A stretch of DNA of 64,000 nt from the human T2T-CHM13v2.0 reference genome, Homo sapiens, in the NCBI RefSeq assembly GCF_009914755.1, contig NC_060925.1; one strand, 5' to 3'. Positions 28,448 through 51,555 of the stretch are shown here, piece after piece (position 1 is the first letter of the stretch; every line of letters begins with the position of its first letter). The notes under the pieces were generated by a model that saw only the letters and a program-made list of their open reading frames with translations, did not search any database and had not been told where the DNA came from. The position numbers and the translations under genes were made by a program.

Positions 28448-28585
28448 TATACATATCATAGCAATCTCTGTCTCCATTGTGTGTTCCCTCCCTGTGTATC
28501 ACTGTGTCTTTGTATCTCTTCTTCTTCTCCTTCTCCTCTCTCTTCCTCCTCCTCCTCTTCCTCCTCCACCTTTTCTCTCTCTCAT

Positions 28586-28742
28586 TTTTTTTTTTTTGAC
28601 AGAGTCATACTCTCTTGCCTAGGCTGGAGTGCAGTGGTGCAATCATAGCTCACTGTAGCCTCAAACTCTTGGGCTCAAGTGATCCTCCCACCTCAGCCTC
28701 CTAAAGTGCTGGGGTTACAGACATGAGCCATGATGCCTGGCC
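28586..28742 (-). mobile_element. Alu monomer (FRAM-like or arm-recombined AluJ)
   Basis: Single arm of about 145 bp plus T tract. Confidence 0.85.
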
Positions 28743-28909
28743 CATTTTTCTTCTTAGGTGGATACCAGTCATCAGATTTAGAGCCTCCCCTAATCCAGTA
28801 TGACCTCCTCTTAATGAATGTTATGTGTGAAGACCTCCCTTATTTCCAGATAAGGTCACCCTCACACGTACTAGGAGTTAGGACTTCAACAATTTAACCC
28901 ATTATAATC

Positions 28910-29530
28910 AAAGAGCCTATAAGACTGTAGATTTACATGGAGTAAGGCAGGCAAATAAATGAGCAATAAATATATAATATGTGAAAAAATATACCATGTG
29001 TGAGTGATTACAAGTGCTAGGAAGAAACATCAACCTCAAGCCATAGGATTGCCTGTGTGGGGAGGCTCTATTCTAGGCTGTGTGGTCAGAGAAGGCCTTT
29101 CTGAGAAGGTGCCATTGGAGCAGAGGCCTCCGCAAAAGCAGCAGACGAACAGTGTGGATTTATGGGGAGGGATGTTCCAGGCAGAGGGAGCCTCAAGGCC
29201 TTTAGGCCACAGTGTGTTGGGCATCTGTGAGGAGCTGCTAGGAGGCTCAAGTGAAACTTGGAGAGAGGAGGGCTGGGAAAGTGAGAACAGCAAAGAAAAG
29301 GGCAACAGATCATGTGGGGTTGAGTATAATAGGAGGTTAGAAACTTGGTGATTAAGATGGGAAACCATTTCAGAGTTTTTAACAGAAGAGTCACGTGATC
29401 TGACTCGTGTTTAGAAGATTGTTCTGTTGCTGCAGTCAAGAGACTATAGAGAGTCAGGCTGGGCACAGAAGAAACTGCAAAAGCAGTTACTGCTTTGGAG
29501 CAGGAAAGGGGTGGTGTGGTTCAGGCAGCA
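28910..29530 (-). mobile_element. L2 fragment
   Basis: GGTCAGAGAAGGCCTTTCTGAGAAGGTGCCATTGGAGCAGAG; GTCACGTGATCTGACTCGTG. Confidence 0.75.
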
Positions 29531-29979
29531 TGGGAGCCAGGACACTGGCCCTGCAGGGAGTGAATTTCAAGGTTAAGTAGCCTGGAAGCTCAGTCCTCTC
29601 TCTTCAATGATCCATGCTTCTGTCCTGGTTCTTCATCTATCTTCATCTATGGCACCTTTGAGGTAGGTATTGAGTTGGAGGCTTTGCTCATCCTGTGGGT
29701 GCAGGTTTGGCAGCCCAGAAATTATTTTTAGGATTAACAGCTACATGTTGTTCCAGGCCAGACTTCCTCTAACATTACATTTCCCTCAAAAATTCATTGG
29801 AGCTCTTCTCTCTCTTCCTTTTTTCTGTCCCCTCCCTTCTCTTCCTTTTCTTTCTTGAACAATTTAGCAATTTAGTCCTAAATATATTAGGTCAGGTAGA
29901 GCAAAGTAAGCACTGCTGGAGAGGGGAGCTGCAATGTCACTTCTGTGGGGTCCCTTCTGAAAGTTTGGTGTCTCACTAG

Positions 29980-31518
<1,539 letters not shown>

Positions 31519-31526
31519 TTCGCTGA

Positions 31527-31836
<310 letters not shown>

Positions 31837-32453
31837 AAGGGCATGGATTTTGATCCATGAATCAGTGAGAGAGACGTAAGTACAATGCCTGATATTTTTG
31901 CCTGTTCTTGAGGATAGCATCCCTACTATTACTGAATTCACTCACATGTGTGAGTTTGGGGATCTTAAAATATCCCAGGGGGTGCTTTATGCACGAGGGA
32001 TATGGATTAAGTCCAGGGTGAATATAGGTGTTTCCCAGTGATAAGGCAGCTGTGTGTGAAAGCAAGGACAAAAACAAAACTAAACTAAACTAAAAAGAAA
32101 AGTCAGGCCAGTGTGCTAGATATTTACAGCTGGGTGATTGTGATGGCACTGTCCTTCCTAAAGCTTTGTAACAGATTAAGTAGATTCTCTAAAGCCGTTC
32201 AGGTTAGAGGGTGCCTTGCCCTTATTGCTCCACCGTGCTTTTTGGCAGACATTGTGACCATGTTTAGTAATTATATTTGGCTCCCTGAAGGTAAAACAGG
32301 AGCTGCGTACGTATTAGGGGAGAAAAAAGGAAGCACAAGAAGAAAGGAAAAAAAAAATTAAGGGGCTTATGTTTTATATCCTCCCAGTCAATCCCATGAG
32401 TGAATAACTACATTACAAATTTTGTCTCGATGTGGTTTTTAAGCCTAAAGAAT

Positions 32454-32722
32454 CTTTCTTTTTCTTTCTTTGCTTTCTTTCTTTCTCTTTCTTTTCTTTC
32501 TTTTCTTTCTTTCTTTCTCTCTCTCTTTCTTTTTCTTCTCTCTCTCTCTTTCTTTCCCTCCCTCCTCCCTCCCTTCCTTCCTTCCCTCCCTCCCTTCCTT
32601 CCTTTCCTCCCTCCCTTCCTTCCTTCCCTCCCTCCCTTCCTTCCTTCCCTCCCTCCCTCCTTCCTTCTCTCCTTCCTTCCTTCCTTCCTCTTTCTTTCTT
32701 TCTTTCTTTCTTTCTCTTTCTT
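32454..32722. repeat. About 270-bp polypyrimidine compound microsatellite (TTTC/TC/CCTT)
   Basis: Almost purine-free tract, read directly. Confidence 0.95.
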
Positions 32723-32928
32723 TTATTATACTTTAAGTTCTAGGGTACATGTGCACAACGTGCAGGTTTGTTACATATGTATACATGTGCCATGTTGGTG
32801 TGCTGCACCCATTAACTCATCATTTACATTAGATATATCTCCTAATGCTATCCCTCCCCACTCCCCCCACCCCACAACAGGCCCCGGTGTGTGATGTTCC
32901 CCATCCTGTGTCCAAGTGTTCTCATTGT

Positions 32929-36759
<3,831 letters not shown>

Positions 36760-36822
36760 TACGATGTTTGCTGGTTATTTTGCTCGTTGGTTGATGCAGT
36801 TTCTTCCTAGCCTCGATGGTCT

Positions 36823-37844
36823 TTACAATTTGGCATGTTTTTGCAGTGGCTGGTACTGGTTGTTCCTTTCCATGTTTAGTGCTTCCTTCAGGAGCTCTTT
36901 TAGGGCAGTCCTGGTGGTGACAAAATCTCTCAGCATTTGCTTGTCTATAAAGAATTTTATTTCTCCTTTGCTTATGTAGCTTAGTTTGGCTGGATATGAA
37001 ATTCTGGGTTGAAAATTCTTTTCTTTAAGGATGTTGAATATTGGCCCCCACTCTTCTGGCTTGTAGAGTTTCTGTCGAACGATCCACTGTTAGTCTGAGA
37101 GGCTTCCCTTTGTGGGTAACCTGACCTTTCTCTCTGGCTGCTCTTAACATATTTTCCTTCATTTCAGCTTTGGTGAATCTGACAATTATGTGTCTTGGAG
37201 TTGCTCTTCTTGAGGATTATCTTTGTGGCGTTCTCTGTATTTCCTGCATTTGAATGTTGGCCTGCCTTGCTAGGTTGGGGATGTTCTCCTGGATAATATC
37301 CTGCAGAGTGTTTTCCAACTTGGTTCCTTTCTCCCCATTACTTTCAGGTACACCAATCAGACGTAGACTTGGTCTTTTCACATAGTGCCATATTTCTTGG
37401 AGGTTTGTTTGTTTCTTTTTACTCCTTTTCCTCTAAACTTCTCTTATCGCTTCATTTCATTCATTGATCTTCAATCACTGATACCCTTTCTTCCACTTGA
37501 TCGAATCAGCTACTGACACTTGTGCATGTGTCACGTAGTTCTCGTACCATGTTTTTCATCTCCATAAAGTCATTTAAGGTCTTTTCTATGCTGTTTATTC
37601 TAGTTAGCCATTCGTCTAATGTTTTTTCAAGGTTTTTAGCTTCTTTGCAATGGGTTCGAACATCCTCCTTTAGCTCGGAGAAGTTTATTATTACCGATCG
37701 TTTGAAGCCTTCTTCTCTCAACTTGTCAAAGTCATTCTCCGTCCAGCTTTGTTCCATTGCTGGCAAGGAGCTGTGTTCCTTTGGAGGAGAAGAGACACTC
37801 TGATTTTTAGAATTTTCAGCTTTTCTGCTCTGGTTTCTCCCCAT
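36823..37844 (-). pseudogene. L1 ORF1p remnant, premature stop
   Basis: MGRNQSRKAENSKNQS start; ORF ends at 37506 after 112 aa instead of about 338 aa. Confidence 0.9.
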
Positions 37845-38214
37845 CTTTGTGGTTTTATCTACTTTTGGTCTTTGATGATGGTGATGTACAGATGGGGTTT
37901 TGGTGTGGATGTCCTTTCTGTTTGTTTGTTTTCCTTCTAACAGTCAGGACCCTCAGCTGCAGGTCTGTTGGAGTTTGCTGGAGGTCCACTCCAGACCCTG
38001 TTTACCTGGGTATCACCAGCAGAGGCTGCAGAACAGCAAATATTGCAGAACAGCAAATATTGCTGCCTGGTTCTTCCTCTGGAAGCTTCGTCTCAGAGGG
38101 GCACCTGGCCATATGGGGTGTCAGTCTGCCCCTACTGGGAGGTGCCTCCCAGTTAGGCTACTTGGCAGTCAGGGACCCACTTGAGGAGGCAGTCTGTCTG
38201 TTCTCAGATCTTAA

Positions 38215-38705
<491 letters not shown>

Positions 38706-39469
38706 AAAGCATCTTGTTTTTACTCGCATGCTTTGTCCCTCTGCCAGGACAGTAGCTGTAATCCCATCTTTGCCATCTAGCTTGCCCCCAGTGGCTGGTG
38801 GGGCACAAGTTTTATTTCTTGATAAGGCTGTCATATTATGGCTAATGCTTATAAATGCTTCATGTTGGGGTAGAGTGGAAATTGACACTTTCAGCCATGA
38901 AGACCTCAAATTTTGGGACTAGCTAGCCTGTATTGCAGGCTTTGGTGAAGCCAAGGGCGTCTCCTGGAAGGGCTGTATTCCTTTCCTTCTGTACATTTCC
39001 TTCTTTCCCTGATTGTAGCAGGATAAGGGTGAGGCAGCCGAGGTGCCTGGGCTGCACCATTTAAGCAGGCGTCACTCTCAGGGTTGTGGAAATGCGGGAC
39101 AGGCACCTGAGGGTGATAGCCTCTTTACAAGTGTCTTGGGGACCTCTCGTGCCTTGCCCTGGTTCTGGGCCTGCAGCCTGGCCAGCAGTCATCTGAGTTT
39201 ACTTCTCATTTTCATGTCAAGAAGGAACTGCAGATGCCAATGCTCTGACTCTTTCCTCTGATTTCCCCAGTATCACAGCTTCCTTTGACAAGTAGTATTT
39301 CCGGGTTGCAGTAGGTGACCGTTTCCTCACATTTTTGCCAACATGCAAGAAACCAGATTTCCAGCCAGCAACATTATTGTCCACATGCCGAGTGTCCATC
39401 TCCTCTCCTCAGCCATTTTTCCATCTTGGTTCTGTTACTTGTGACATTCTGTTTCCGTGTGAGAGATCC

Positions 39470-40330
39470 TGCATCAGTTAGGAATTTCATACAGCTCTAA
39501 GTGACAGAAGCCCCCACCCAGTGGCTTCAACAATTTGAGGATTTATTTTTCTCTTGCAACAAGGAAGGAGTTCTGGAGGGAGACAGCCCAGGGCTGGCAT
39601 GGCGAGTCCCTGAGACCCTGGGTCCTTTGATCTTTCCACTCCGCCCATCCCTAGCACAGTTTGCCGCCTTCTGTTTACAATACGGCTGCCCCACCTGTGA
39701 CATTACATCTGTGTTCCAGGCAGAGTGAATTCACGAGGAAAAGGTGCATAGGAGATGAATGTATTTCTCTAGTAAGTAGCTTTCTCAGAAGCTCAACCAG
39801 TAGCTCACACTTACATCCCATTGGATACTGTTGTGTCCCCTGGAAACCCTGTCTGCAAGCGGAGCTGAAATCTAGTTGTTTTTGTTTTATTTTTATTTAT
39901 TTAATTTTATCTAAGTACACGGGGTAGGATAAAAGCTTGGCTATGATGGAGAGAATATCTATTGGGTGGTTAACTGGTCATCCTTGTCACAGCTCTGCTC
40001 GGCTTCTTTTGCAAACCGGTCACACCATGTGGGAAGGAAAATAGCCATTGAGGTAGCTTTTGGTGGCCTCCAACTTTTATCCTTTGCCTTATTGTCCCCA
40101 CCACAGGAAGAAATATTTTTCTTTTAGTTCCTGTCTGTCAGTCTCAGGGGAGACTCTGACTGGCTCAGCTTGGGTGGCACATCCGTCCCCGTGATTATAC
40201 AGGGACACGAGCAAATGCTTGTCATCTCCAACTTATCATGTGGAGGGAAAGGGATGGCTTCCCCCAGGGTGGGACAGTAATGGAGAAAAACAGCTTGCAC
40301 TGTAAGTCCACGACATTTCTGTCCTACATT
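39470..40330 (-). mobile_element. Old MaLR LTRs (MLT1I/J-like, two pieces)
   Basis: AAGTGACAGAAGCCCC...CAGTGGCTT; CATCCCATTGG; CTCTGACTGGCTCAGCTTGGG. Confidence 0.6.
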
Positions 40331-40639
40331 TTGCAAGATGTGATCAATATGTATTGGCAAAGACAAAATGAGAGGCTACTTTTGGTGGAGAGCAAATGAT
40401 AGTCAAGACAGGAATGTGAGAATTGTGTATACTGTCCTGTACCAGTCAGGAGCCTAGCTTGGCTGCAGAAGAGGGCTAATAAAGAATGAAATAGGTGAGG
40501 CAACAAGGAGTTGGTAGTTGAAAAGCATTTATGTTCTTTCTAGTGAGGTTGTTTTGTTTAGATTCTTCTGCCTAAAGAGGAAATGTGTTACGCTGACCAA
40601 CTATGCGCCTCCAGCCATCTCTTCTACTTGTTTTTGACG

Positions 40640-41400
<761 letters not shown>

Positions 41401-41925
41401 GGCTCAGTCCTCTGCTCAGCCTTCACAGCCAGAGATCATGGGGATAACAAGGTCGTGGATCTCAGTGGACCTGACTGACATGAATCTGTATTTACAGGAG
41501 CCCAAGGGTATTTCTTGCAGGGGGTGGATTATACAGCTGAAAGCAGCTGCTTTTACAGGATTACGAAGAGTAGCTCTTTTCCACGAAACAATTTAGAATA
41601 TACACAGTGAAGGAAGTCTCACTAACTTCCTTTAAGAAAGTTGAGGTGAGAAAGAGTAGACAGTTTGTAAATGGAAGTTACCTAACTGACTTCTGCAACT
41701 TGGGGGGCTTTGTAGCATCAACGGGTCAGAATTTCTTAGAGGCATTCTTACTTTTTAGGTCTCAAATCTCTGTCATTTTTCCCTTACGGTATTTGCACAG
41801 TGCAGCCTGCCTTCTGTGACCTACAGAAGCACATTGCATTTAACCTGAGGCTTATTTGATATTACACTTTTTTTCTTTCCTTCAAATATCCACAATCTAA
41901 ATTGTGTTCAGAAAGTTCCGAAGAG

Positions 41926-42304
<379 letters not shown>

Positions 42305-43379
42305 TCAGTTTGGCTCCAGTGGCTAAACTTTGTTGGACAAGTTTATTCCTGTGTGACACCTACCTGGCCAAGCACTGTCATTTGGATGGGTCTTTGGGCA
42401 GGTAAGTTTCTGTGCACCTAGAAACCTTCCCTGCTGGGATCTTGTCCCTTGAGCTCCTCCTCTCCAGTTATAAACTCTGTTGGCATCTTTATAGGATTTA
42501 CTTTTTATGTGGATTCCATTGTCTCCAAAATGCCCTTTCTTAGTAACTAGTTGGGCCATCTACACCCTCTTTCGGGGTACGACATAGAAATGGAAATGGA
42601 AAATTTGTAAGGAATTATCATAATGTTAAAATACAGATACCTTGTCATTAAACCATTAAAAACAAAATTTTAAAAACCTTAAGTGTTGGAAATATTAGGA
42701 TTCCAATGCTCCTTCCACTTCCTGAAGGACTCATTTCTCTAACATACTTGCTGAACAATCCTCCTACCTTTTCCCTGCGGCATTACTAAATAATTCAGAT
42801 TGTTTGAAAGGCATTCTCTTCTATCGAGATGCAATCAAATTTGAGGAGTGTATTTCATTCTCGCCGAATGCATTATATCTTACTTTCCATAAAGAGAATC
42901 CAGGTATGTGCTATTGCCTTATGCCTTGAATAATATGAAGCGAAGCGATCACTCTTATATTTGGGGAGTGTTTTAGAGTCTTCAGATGCTTTATGTAGTA
43001 TCAATGGCTCCAAATATAATAATGTACAATTAAGAATCACATAGGCAGGCATTTTTATAATGAGGAAAAGTGAAGTTAGGAGAGCTATGTTCACTTTCCA
43101 AGGCTACATAGAACGAGTGAGCGCCAGGACTGACAGTTCCTTCCTGCTCTGGATCTTGTGGGCTGTCTCCTCCAGCACACTGCATGCTAGAGGAAGCCAG
43201 CGATGGGGCAGGAGTGGGGCGAGCATGGCAGCTGACCCCAAGATGGGCAGAGAGCCTGCCCCTCACTGTTCTTCCCCGCCTTAAAGGACATAATCTAACC
43301 TCTGGACATGGACTATAATCTAGCCTCTTCTTTATTACTTAGGGTAAATAGTACGTCTACTGATTATTAATTAAATAAC

Positions 43380-43600
43380 ATTCTTCACCTGTACATGTTA
43401 TCACACTTTAGTTCTTAGACTGCTTTCATATTCAACGTGGAGATCTGGAAAGGCAACTTGACTATCTTCATTTTATGATTGAAGAAGCTGAGGTTGAGGG
43501 AGGCTAAATGGCTTGTAGTTACACTACAAACACTAAAACAGCAAAAATTAGCATTGGAACTAGAACATCTGATGCATGTTCATGACTTTGTCCTCACAGT
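43380..43600 (-). mobile_element. MIR
   Basis: CATTTTATGATTGAAGAAGCTGAGGTTGAGGGAGGCTAAATGGCTTG. Confidence 0.55.
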
Positions 43601-45686
43601 CATATCCTCAGGGTCTGTGGAGTGGTGTGTGGCTGTGGCCCCTTAGTTAGAAGGCCGCAGGGACTGTGGTGTTTTAGGTTGTGCCGGCTCTTCGTCATTT
43701 TCCCTTTTCTCTCCTGTCCCTTCCTTCCAGGCTATGAGCTATATTTGTGCCAGCAAGCAGTGTTTCTCTCTGTTTCAGCTTTTTCCTACTTTAATTTGTT
43801 TGTTTTCATCTGTTAGGATCTTAGAGATGAGAGAACCAAGATGATTTGGAATTTCATGTGAGATTACAGAGGATAGACTCAGAGCTGAATGGTAGCCTAT
43901 CAATAACGTTCATACATACACTCTCTGACCTCTTTGTTGGTCTCCAAGAAGCCTTTCAGATTTAGTTCCTGGTTGTGGGTTGTGTTTGAGGTAGGAGGAC
44001 CTTGTTGATGGTTGCATTCCAATTAAATGAGATGGCAGCCCTCACGGTGCCTGTGTGCATACAACATGTCTGTGTTAGATGTGCATTTGCAAGTAACTGG
44101 TTATAGAACATTATTTTGGAATACAACACTTGTGAAATCTGAAGATGGTTTTAAACTTTGTATTTCACCTGCAATTATCTTGTAGTACTCTCAGTTAGGA
44201 GAAAAATATCTCTTTTGCTCTGAGGATTCCTCAGTATTTTTAGTGACTCTTTGCATGCTTGCAAGGGCTGTGAGAACAAGCCCAGCAGGAAGGAAGAGAC
44301 ATGGGGGGAAGGAAGGAACGTGAGGGAAGTGAGAAGAAAACAAAGGCAAAGTTTCATACCTGGAAGGCTTCGTGCACCAGCGCCCACCTCCGGAAACCAC
44401 AGTTGCAAATATTCTTTTGTGACCTAATTTTGGTTCTAGGTTTCCTTTCCTCTGTATGTGTTTGCTACATTCCATTCCCTATACAATAGAGTTTTTCTGT
44501 AAAGAAGTTTCCAAGTATAACCTTCCATGAAGCTCCTCAATTTTAAGAATTTATAATTTTCCAGTCCTAGTGCTTAACTCATCCATCATTTGTTTTCCCT
44601 CATATTTTACCTGTTTGGTTGCACTCAAAGTCTTCGTTGATGGATGAAACCTGATGGTTTTTAAGAAGCAGAAAATACCAGTTTTGTCCTCACTGATTGA
44701 TTTTTCTTGACAGATCACGAGTATAATTTATACCAGCTCAGTGGCACTAATCTTGTTTTGTTGTTGTTCTTAAAACAGCTTTGACAATAAGCTGCTACTC
44801 TGACTTTGATTCTTAAGTCAGCATTAATGAAACACCATTCATTTGTGTTATCAGCTGTAATAGTCAAAAACAGGTTTAAGACTTTACCGTGCTTGCTTTC
44901 AAGTTTTGGGTGGATTTCTTTTTCCTCCAATGCTTAAAAGGTTTAGTAAGTGAATGTCAGGTCAAATGGGCGTAGCTGAGTTTCTCCCAGGCACGCTGGC
45001 TTTCCTGTGGATGTTTTTGTCACAGCAGTCTAAATGTATGTCTTTCTGGCCCGGTCAGGGAACTTTGCTGTGGGGATTTGGTTTAAATTCATGTTTAATC
45101 TCCTAATTTTATTTTTGTGGCTATAGTGCCTCACCGAGTATACTGAGGCTGAGACTGGACAGAAAGACCTTTTTTCTGATAAGCTCTTAATCTGTATCAG
45201 GCTCAGCCAAAATGAGTTCTGTTAGGGCTGCTATTTTTAGCTATGTGTAATAGCTATTGTGGTCTCACAATACACTTGTTTATACACAGAATATGGTTTT
45301 ATGCACAGAATTTTGTGTATTAAAATAATAGGCAAAATGATTACAAATAATTTCAGGTGTGCCTTGATACAAATCAGATCTGTATACTTGTGTTTTCCTG
45401 TTGACATCTGTCATTTGCAGTCAGTGGCTTAAATTAAAATTTTTTGGTCTTAGGGAAAATCATGTGAGGGTTTCCCTGTTGCCTCTCTCGGGCAGAGCTT
45501 CTCAGCCTTGACACTATTGACGTTTTAGACCAGACACCTCTTTGCTGTAGGGGGTGTCCCGCGCATCGTAAGAGGTTTAGCAGCACCCAGGGCTCTACGT
45601 ACTAGATGCTAGTGCCTCCCCTCCCCCACTCTCAGTTGTGACAATCAAAAATGTCTCCAGACCTTGCCAGATGTCCCTTGGGGATA

Positions 45687-46743
<1,057 letters not shown>

Positions 46744-47199
46744 AGCTGGACTGCTTTCTTTGCTTGGGCACTGGCTCAGGGCTCCAAGGACCGTGGTCAT
46801 ACCTTCCCATGCAACTTACATATGACTTCCAAGACTTCCAGCACAGTGAAGAGCACATGGAAAAATGTGGGCACCATAACATCTACATACCCTAAATGTG
46901 TCAGTCAGCTTCAATTTGTTCTCAGTTTGGGAAGGGTGATAGAGATACTGACCCTTCCTTTTGACCTGCCTCTTTTCCATTTTATTCTGGTAAATTCACG
47001 CTTATTACAGCACTTACAGAGCAAATCATATTATGATTATAATTTTATGATATCATACTTTTATATTATGAATATATTTATAATATGTGAAATTATGATT
47101 GGATTCTTCAAAAAGTCAACTTAAAGAAACAAGTTGGGATCCTCACTGGCTACTTGTGTCCTATTTCAAATTATTTCTATTTGCCCTTTCTGCTCCTCT

Positions 47200-47515
47200 C
47201 CCCAGCTTTATTGAGGTATGCTGGACAAATAAAAATTTTAAGTATTTACAGTATAAAATGTGATGATTTGATGTATGCATATGTTGTGTAATGATTACCA
47301 CAATCCAGCTAACTAACATGTCTATCACCTCACTAGTTACCTTTTTTTTTTTTTTTTTTTTGGAGTGTGATGAGAACCCTTGAGATCTACTCTTTGGGCA
47401 GTTTTCAAGTATATGACACATTGTTATTACATAGAGTCACCATGCTCTGCAATAGATCTCCAGAATTTATTCATCTTGCATAACTGAAACTTTTTACCCT
47501 TTGATCACCATCTGC
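47200..47515 (-). mobile_element. L1MA/MB-like 3' end
   Basis: CAGCTTTATTGAGGTA; TTGAGATCTACTCT; AATAGATCTCCAGAA. Confidence 0.75.
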
Positions 47516-47624
47516 CTTTTTGCTTTTTCTATCACTCAGAGAAAGCCAGTTAGTGGATAATTTCTACATGATTGAGGTTAATAGAATGCGGCCACCTAAA
47601 ACTGTCCCTGAGGCTTGGGAATTT

Positions 47625-48105
47625 GGGTGAATCCTGATTCTGCCATGCACTTTGGGCAAGTCACATACCTTCAGTCTCAGTTTCCTCATCCGTGACTAAA
47701 GAATAGCATGAATGCCTTCTCCATGGAATCACCATGAGAGGTAAAGGAAATATTGCACTTACAGCTCCTGCTATGAAATATCTAGCATCTGACAGACATG
47801 CACCTTGTCTTAGATGTCGAGCTGCAGAGCAGTTTTCATGGCAGAAAGAGAGCAATAGTTGCTAACACGTATGAACTGCTTACTGTGTTCCAGGTACTAG
47901 TCTCCAGTTTTTACTTGTATTGTTGCATTTAATCCTCACACTGAGCCCACGAAGCTTGTCCTAACATTATTCCCTTTCACAGATGAAGAATGTGAGGCAC
48001 AGATAAGGTACATTCATCCAAGGGGGTATGTCTGGCAAGCAGCAGAGCAGGGCTTGGCATTGGGACATCCTGATTCCAGTGGGAATAGTTGTCCTAACCA
48101 CTTGG
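47625..48105. mobile_element. Two MIRs in opposite orientation
   Basis: + core TTGGGCAAGTCAC...CTCAGTTTCCTCATC; - core TTTCACAGATGAAGAATGTGAGGCACAGA. Confidence 0.7.
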
Positions 48106-48529
48106 CTAGATGGCTGCCTGTGGGGTGGTGCTTCTGGATGGAACACAGGGTGCACAGTGATGCATTTGGGAATCACTGAGGCAGGAGAGTGACCCCACCC
48201 AGCCCTCCAGGTCAGCCAGGATAACCCTGGAGGGCTGGAGGGGGACACGTCCTGGTGAGTGCACCCTCCCTCTGGGTTCCAGGTGAGATACCCTTCCAGC
48301 TGGCCTTTTGAGCCCAGCTCCCCCAGGAAGGAAGGATGCTCTCCAGCAGGCGCTCCTCAGAGCACCTTCTGTGTTTTCACCTCACTTAGAAAATTCAACC
48401 TCTAAACATCATTGAGTGGCACTGAGAACTAAAGCCACAAACTCCCAACTTGAGAAAATGCAATATTTATACATTTAAAACAGCCAAAATGGTTTTAACA
48501 TACCTATACTGATTCAAAAAAGAAGTCTG

Positions 48530-48963
<434 letters not shown>

Positions 48964-50142
48964 TTACCCATTTACCAGGTGTTCGAGGCTGCTGCCAGTT
49001 TAAATTTTGTTTCAAAAACTGGCCTTCTCTTTCTTTTTATTCTGCAACATTTTGCCTTGGGGCCTAGAAAGGAATCCTTAGTCACTGATTGCCGTAGGCG
49101 GATATTACCTCACCCAGTATGGGCTTCCACGCTAAAGACCTCTCACAAACACTTGCACACTTTCAGACTCACCCTGCACAAGGCACGCTGACGCTGTTTC
49201 CTAGGGCTTATTCCCAAGAACACGTCTCTGCTGAGACTTGGTTTTTGTTAGGATGTGTGTGATTCCATGTGTTCCATCATGCAGAGGAGATGCTGAAAGT
49301 TAGCGCTGTGGCTTTCAAGATCCTCCTGTGGCGCCTTTGTATATGGCATAGAATGGTGCCAACTGGAGTAGCCTGAGAACCAGAAACAAGAATTCTGCTT
49401 CTGAACAGCTTCGTTTTTGGGCCAGAGAATTGTTTCCACCAGAGGAGGCGTGATGGGAGCTTAGGGGCTATGTGCTCGGTTTCTGAAGTTGTACAACGGA
49501 GCATTCATTTGCATTCATTTGACAAGTCCTGCTGTGTTCCTTTACTTGTTCTCTTCTGTATTATGGGCTTAAGGGTCGCTTATTTCAACATCTCTATATT
49601 TTCCCTGAAAGCTCAGTAATGATTGAATCACAGAATTTAAAGAGCTTGTCGTATAAATACATCTAAAGTGAAAAAGATGAACTTTTTCCCCAGTGAATAC
49701 AGGCAACCATCAATCAAAGGAATGCATCCTGGAAAAGAAAGGCACAGGGTAAAGCCTGCCTCCTTTGCGGGTCCCATCTGTTCTTGGGAGGACAGTCCCC
49801 ATGTATTGCTCCTGGGCCCTTTGTGGCCGAGCACGAACAGCTGTACATACAAAGGAGGCTGTGTGTTTGTTCATGATGTTGGAACCGGAAGTGGAAGGGG
49901 CTTTCTTGTCAAAGAAGGCACATATGAGTGCCATAGTTACGGGACAAAAATATTTCTCCTGGAAAATCTATTGAAGCCTTTGTGCGATGTTCAGCAGAGT
50001 GTGTTGGGGGTGGGTGTGAATGTATCTGTGTGGGTGAAATGAGGATAATGTGGTCATGTGAACAATTCAAGGCAAGAAAAGATCCGGTGATACTGAGAAT
50101 CCTGATTCTCCTTTAGAGATAGGAGTTCTCTGGCTATTCTGA

Positions 50143-50489
<347 letters not shown>

Positions 50490-51085
50490 TTTTTTTTTTT
50501 TTTTTTAAATGATTCTTTTGTTCCAGTTATTGACCTAGCACCAGCATTTGTCTTATGGATAAGGTGAGGGCAAAATTGCACTGGGTGTGGCAAGGTGATT
50601 CTGCACTTAGAGGTTCGTGTTTATGGTGCTACTGAGGGACTGAAGAATTCATCTGGAAACTTTTGGCTGCTCCCCTATCCTCTTCTTGCTAAATCAGAAT
50701 GGCATACAGTTAAAAATACGGGCCCCAACCCGAACACAGGATTTCAAGGCTTGCTCACTGCTTGCATGATCTTAGAAAGTCACATCTGACTCCAAACCTT
50801 CGTTTCTTCATCTGAAAAACGGTGACGATGATGACAGAACTACCACCTGCATGGTGATGCTGTGCACTCAGGAAGGTTTTAGAACCACTAGAGTGGACTG
50901 GGGCTGGAATGGCTTCTGTCACAGAATTCAGAGTTCCCTTGTACTGCAGAGAGTCAAGTGCAGCTGAATGGCTGCTACCAGGGATATTACCCAGATGTTC
51001 ACAGGTCATGAAAGTGTGGGACAAGATGACCTCAGAGCTTCCCCTCCACCGGTGACAACACATGTAACATGCCTCCTATTAAGCC

Positions 51086-51555
51086 TGTAATGGGGTAAAT
51101 TGTATCCCCACCAATGATAAGTCCAAATCCTAACCCCTGATACCTGTGAATGTGACCATTCTTGGATTATAAGATCTTTGCAGATTTATGGATCTTGAGA
51201 TAAGATCATCCTTGATTTAGGATGGGCCCTGAAATCCAATGATTAGTATTTTTTATGAGAAAGGAGTGGGAGATATGAGACACAGACACACAGAGGGGAA
51301 TGACATATGAAGATGGAGGCGGAGACAGTAGTGAGGCATCTCAAGCCAAGGCATGCTACGGGTTGCTGACAACCACCAGAAGCTGGGAGAGAGGCACGGA
51401 AAAGATTCTCCCTCAGAGCCTCAGAAGGAACCCACTGGACTAACACCTTGACTTTGGATTTCTGGCTGCTGGGACAATGACGGAGTAAGTTTCTGTAGTT
51501 TTAAGCCACCCAGTTTTCGATACTTTGTCATAGCAGCATTAGGCAACTAATTCCA
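51086..51555 (+). mobile_element. MLT1C-like MaLR solo LTR
   Basis: TG...CA ends; CCACCAGAAGCTGGGAGAGAGGC; TTTAAGCCACCCAGTTT. Confidence 0.85.

Noticed and set aside
29629-29650. 10-bp tandem duplications (also 49501-49521)
   Set aside because: Ordinary replication-slippage products
49668-50042. 124-aa non-repeat ORF
   Set aside because: Non-ATG start, no recognisable domain, length within chance expectation
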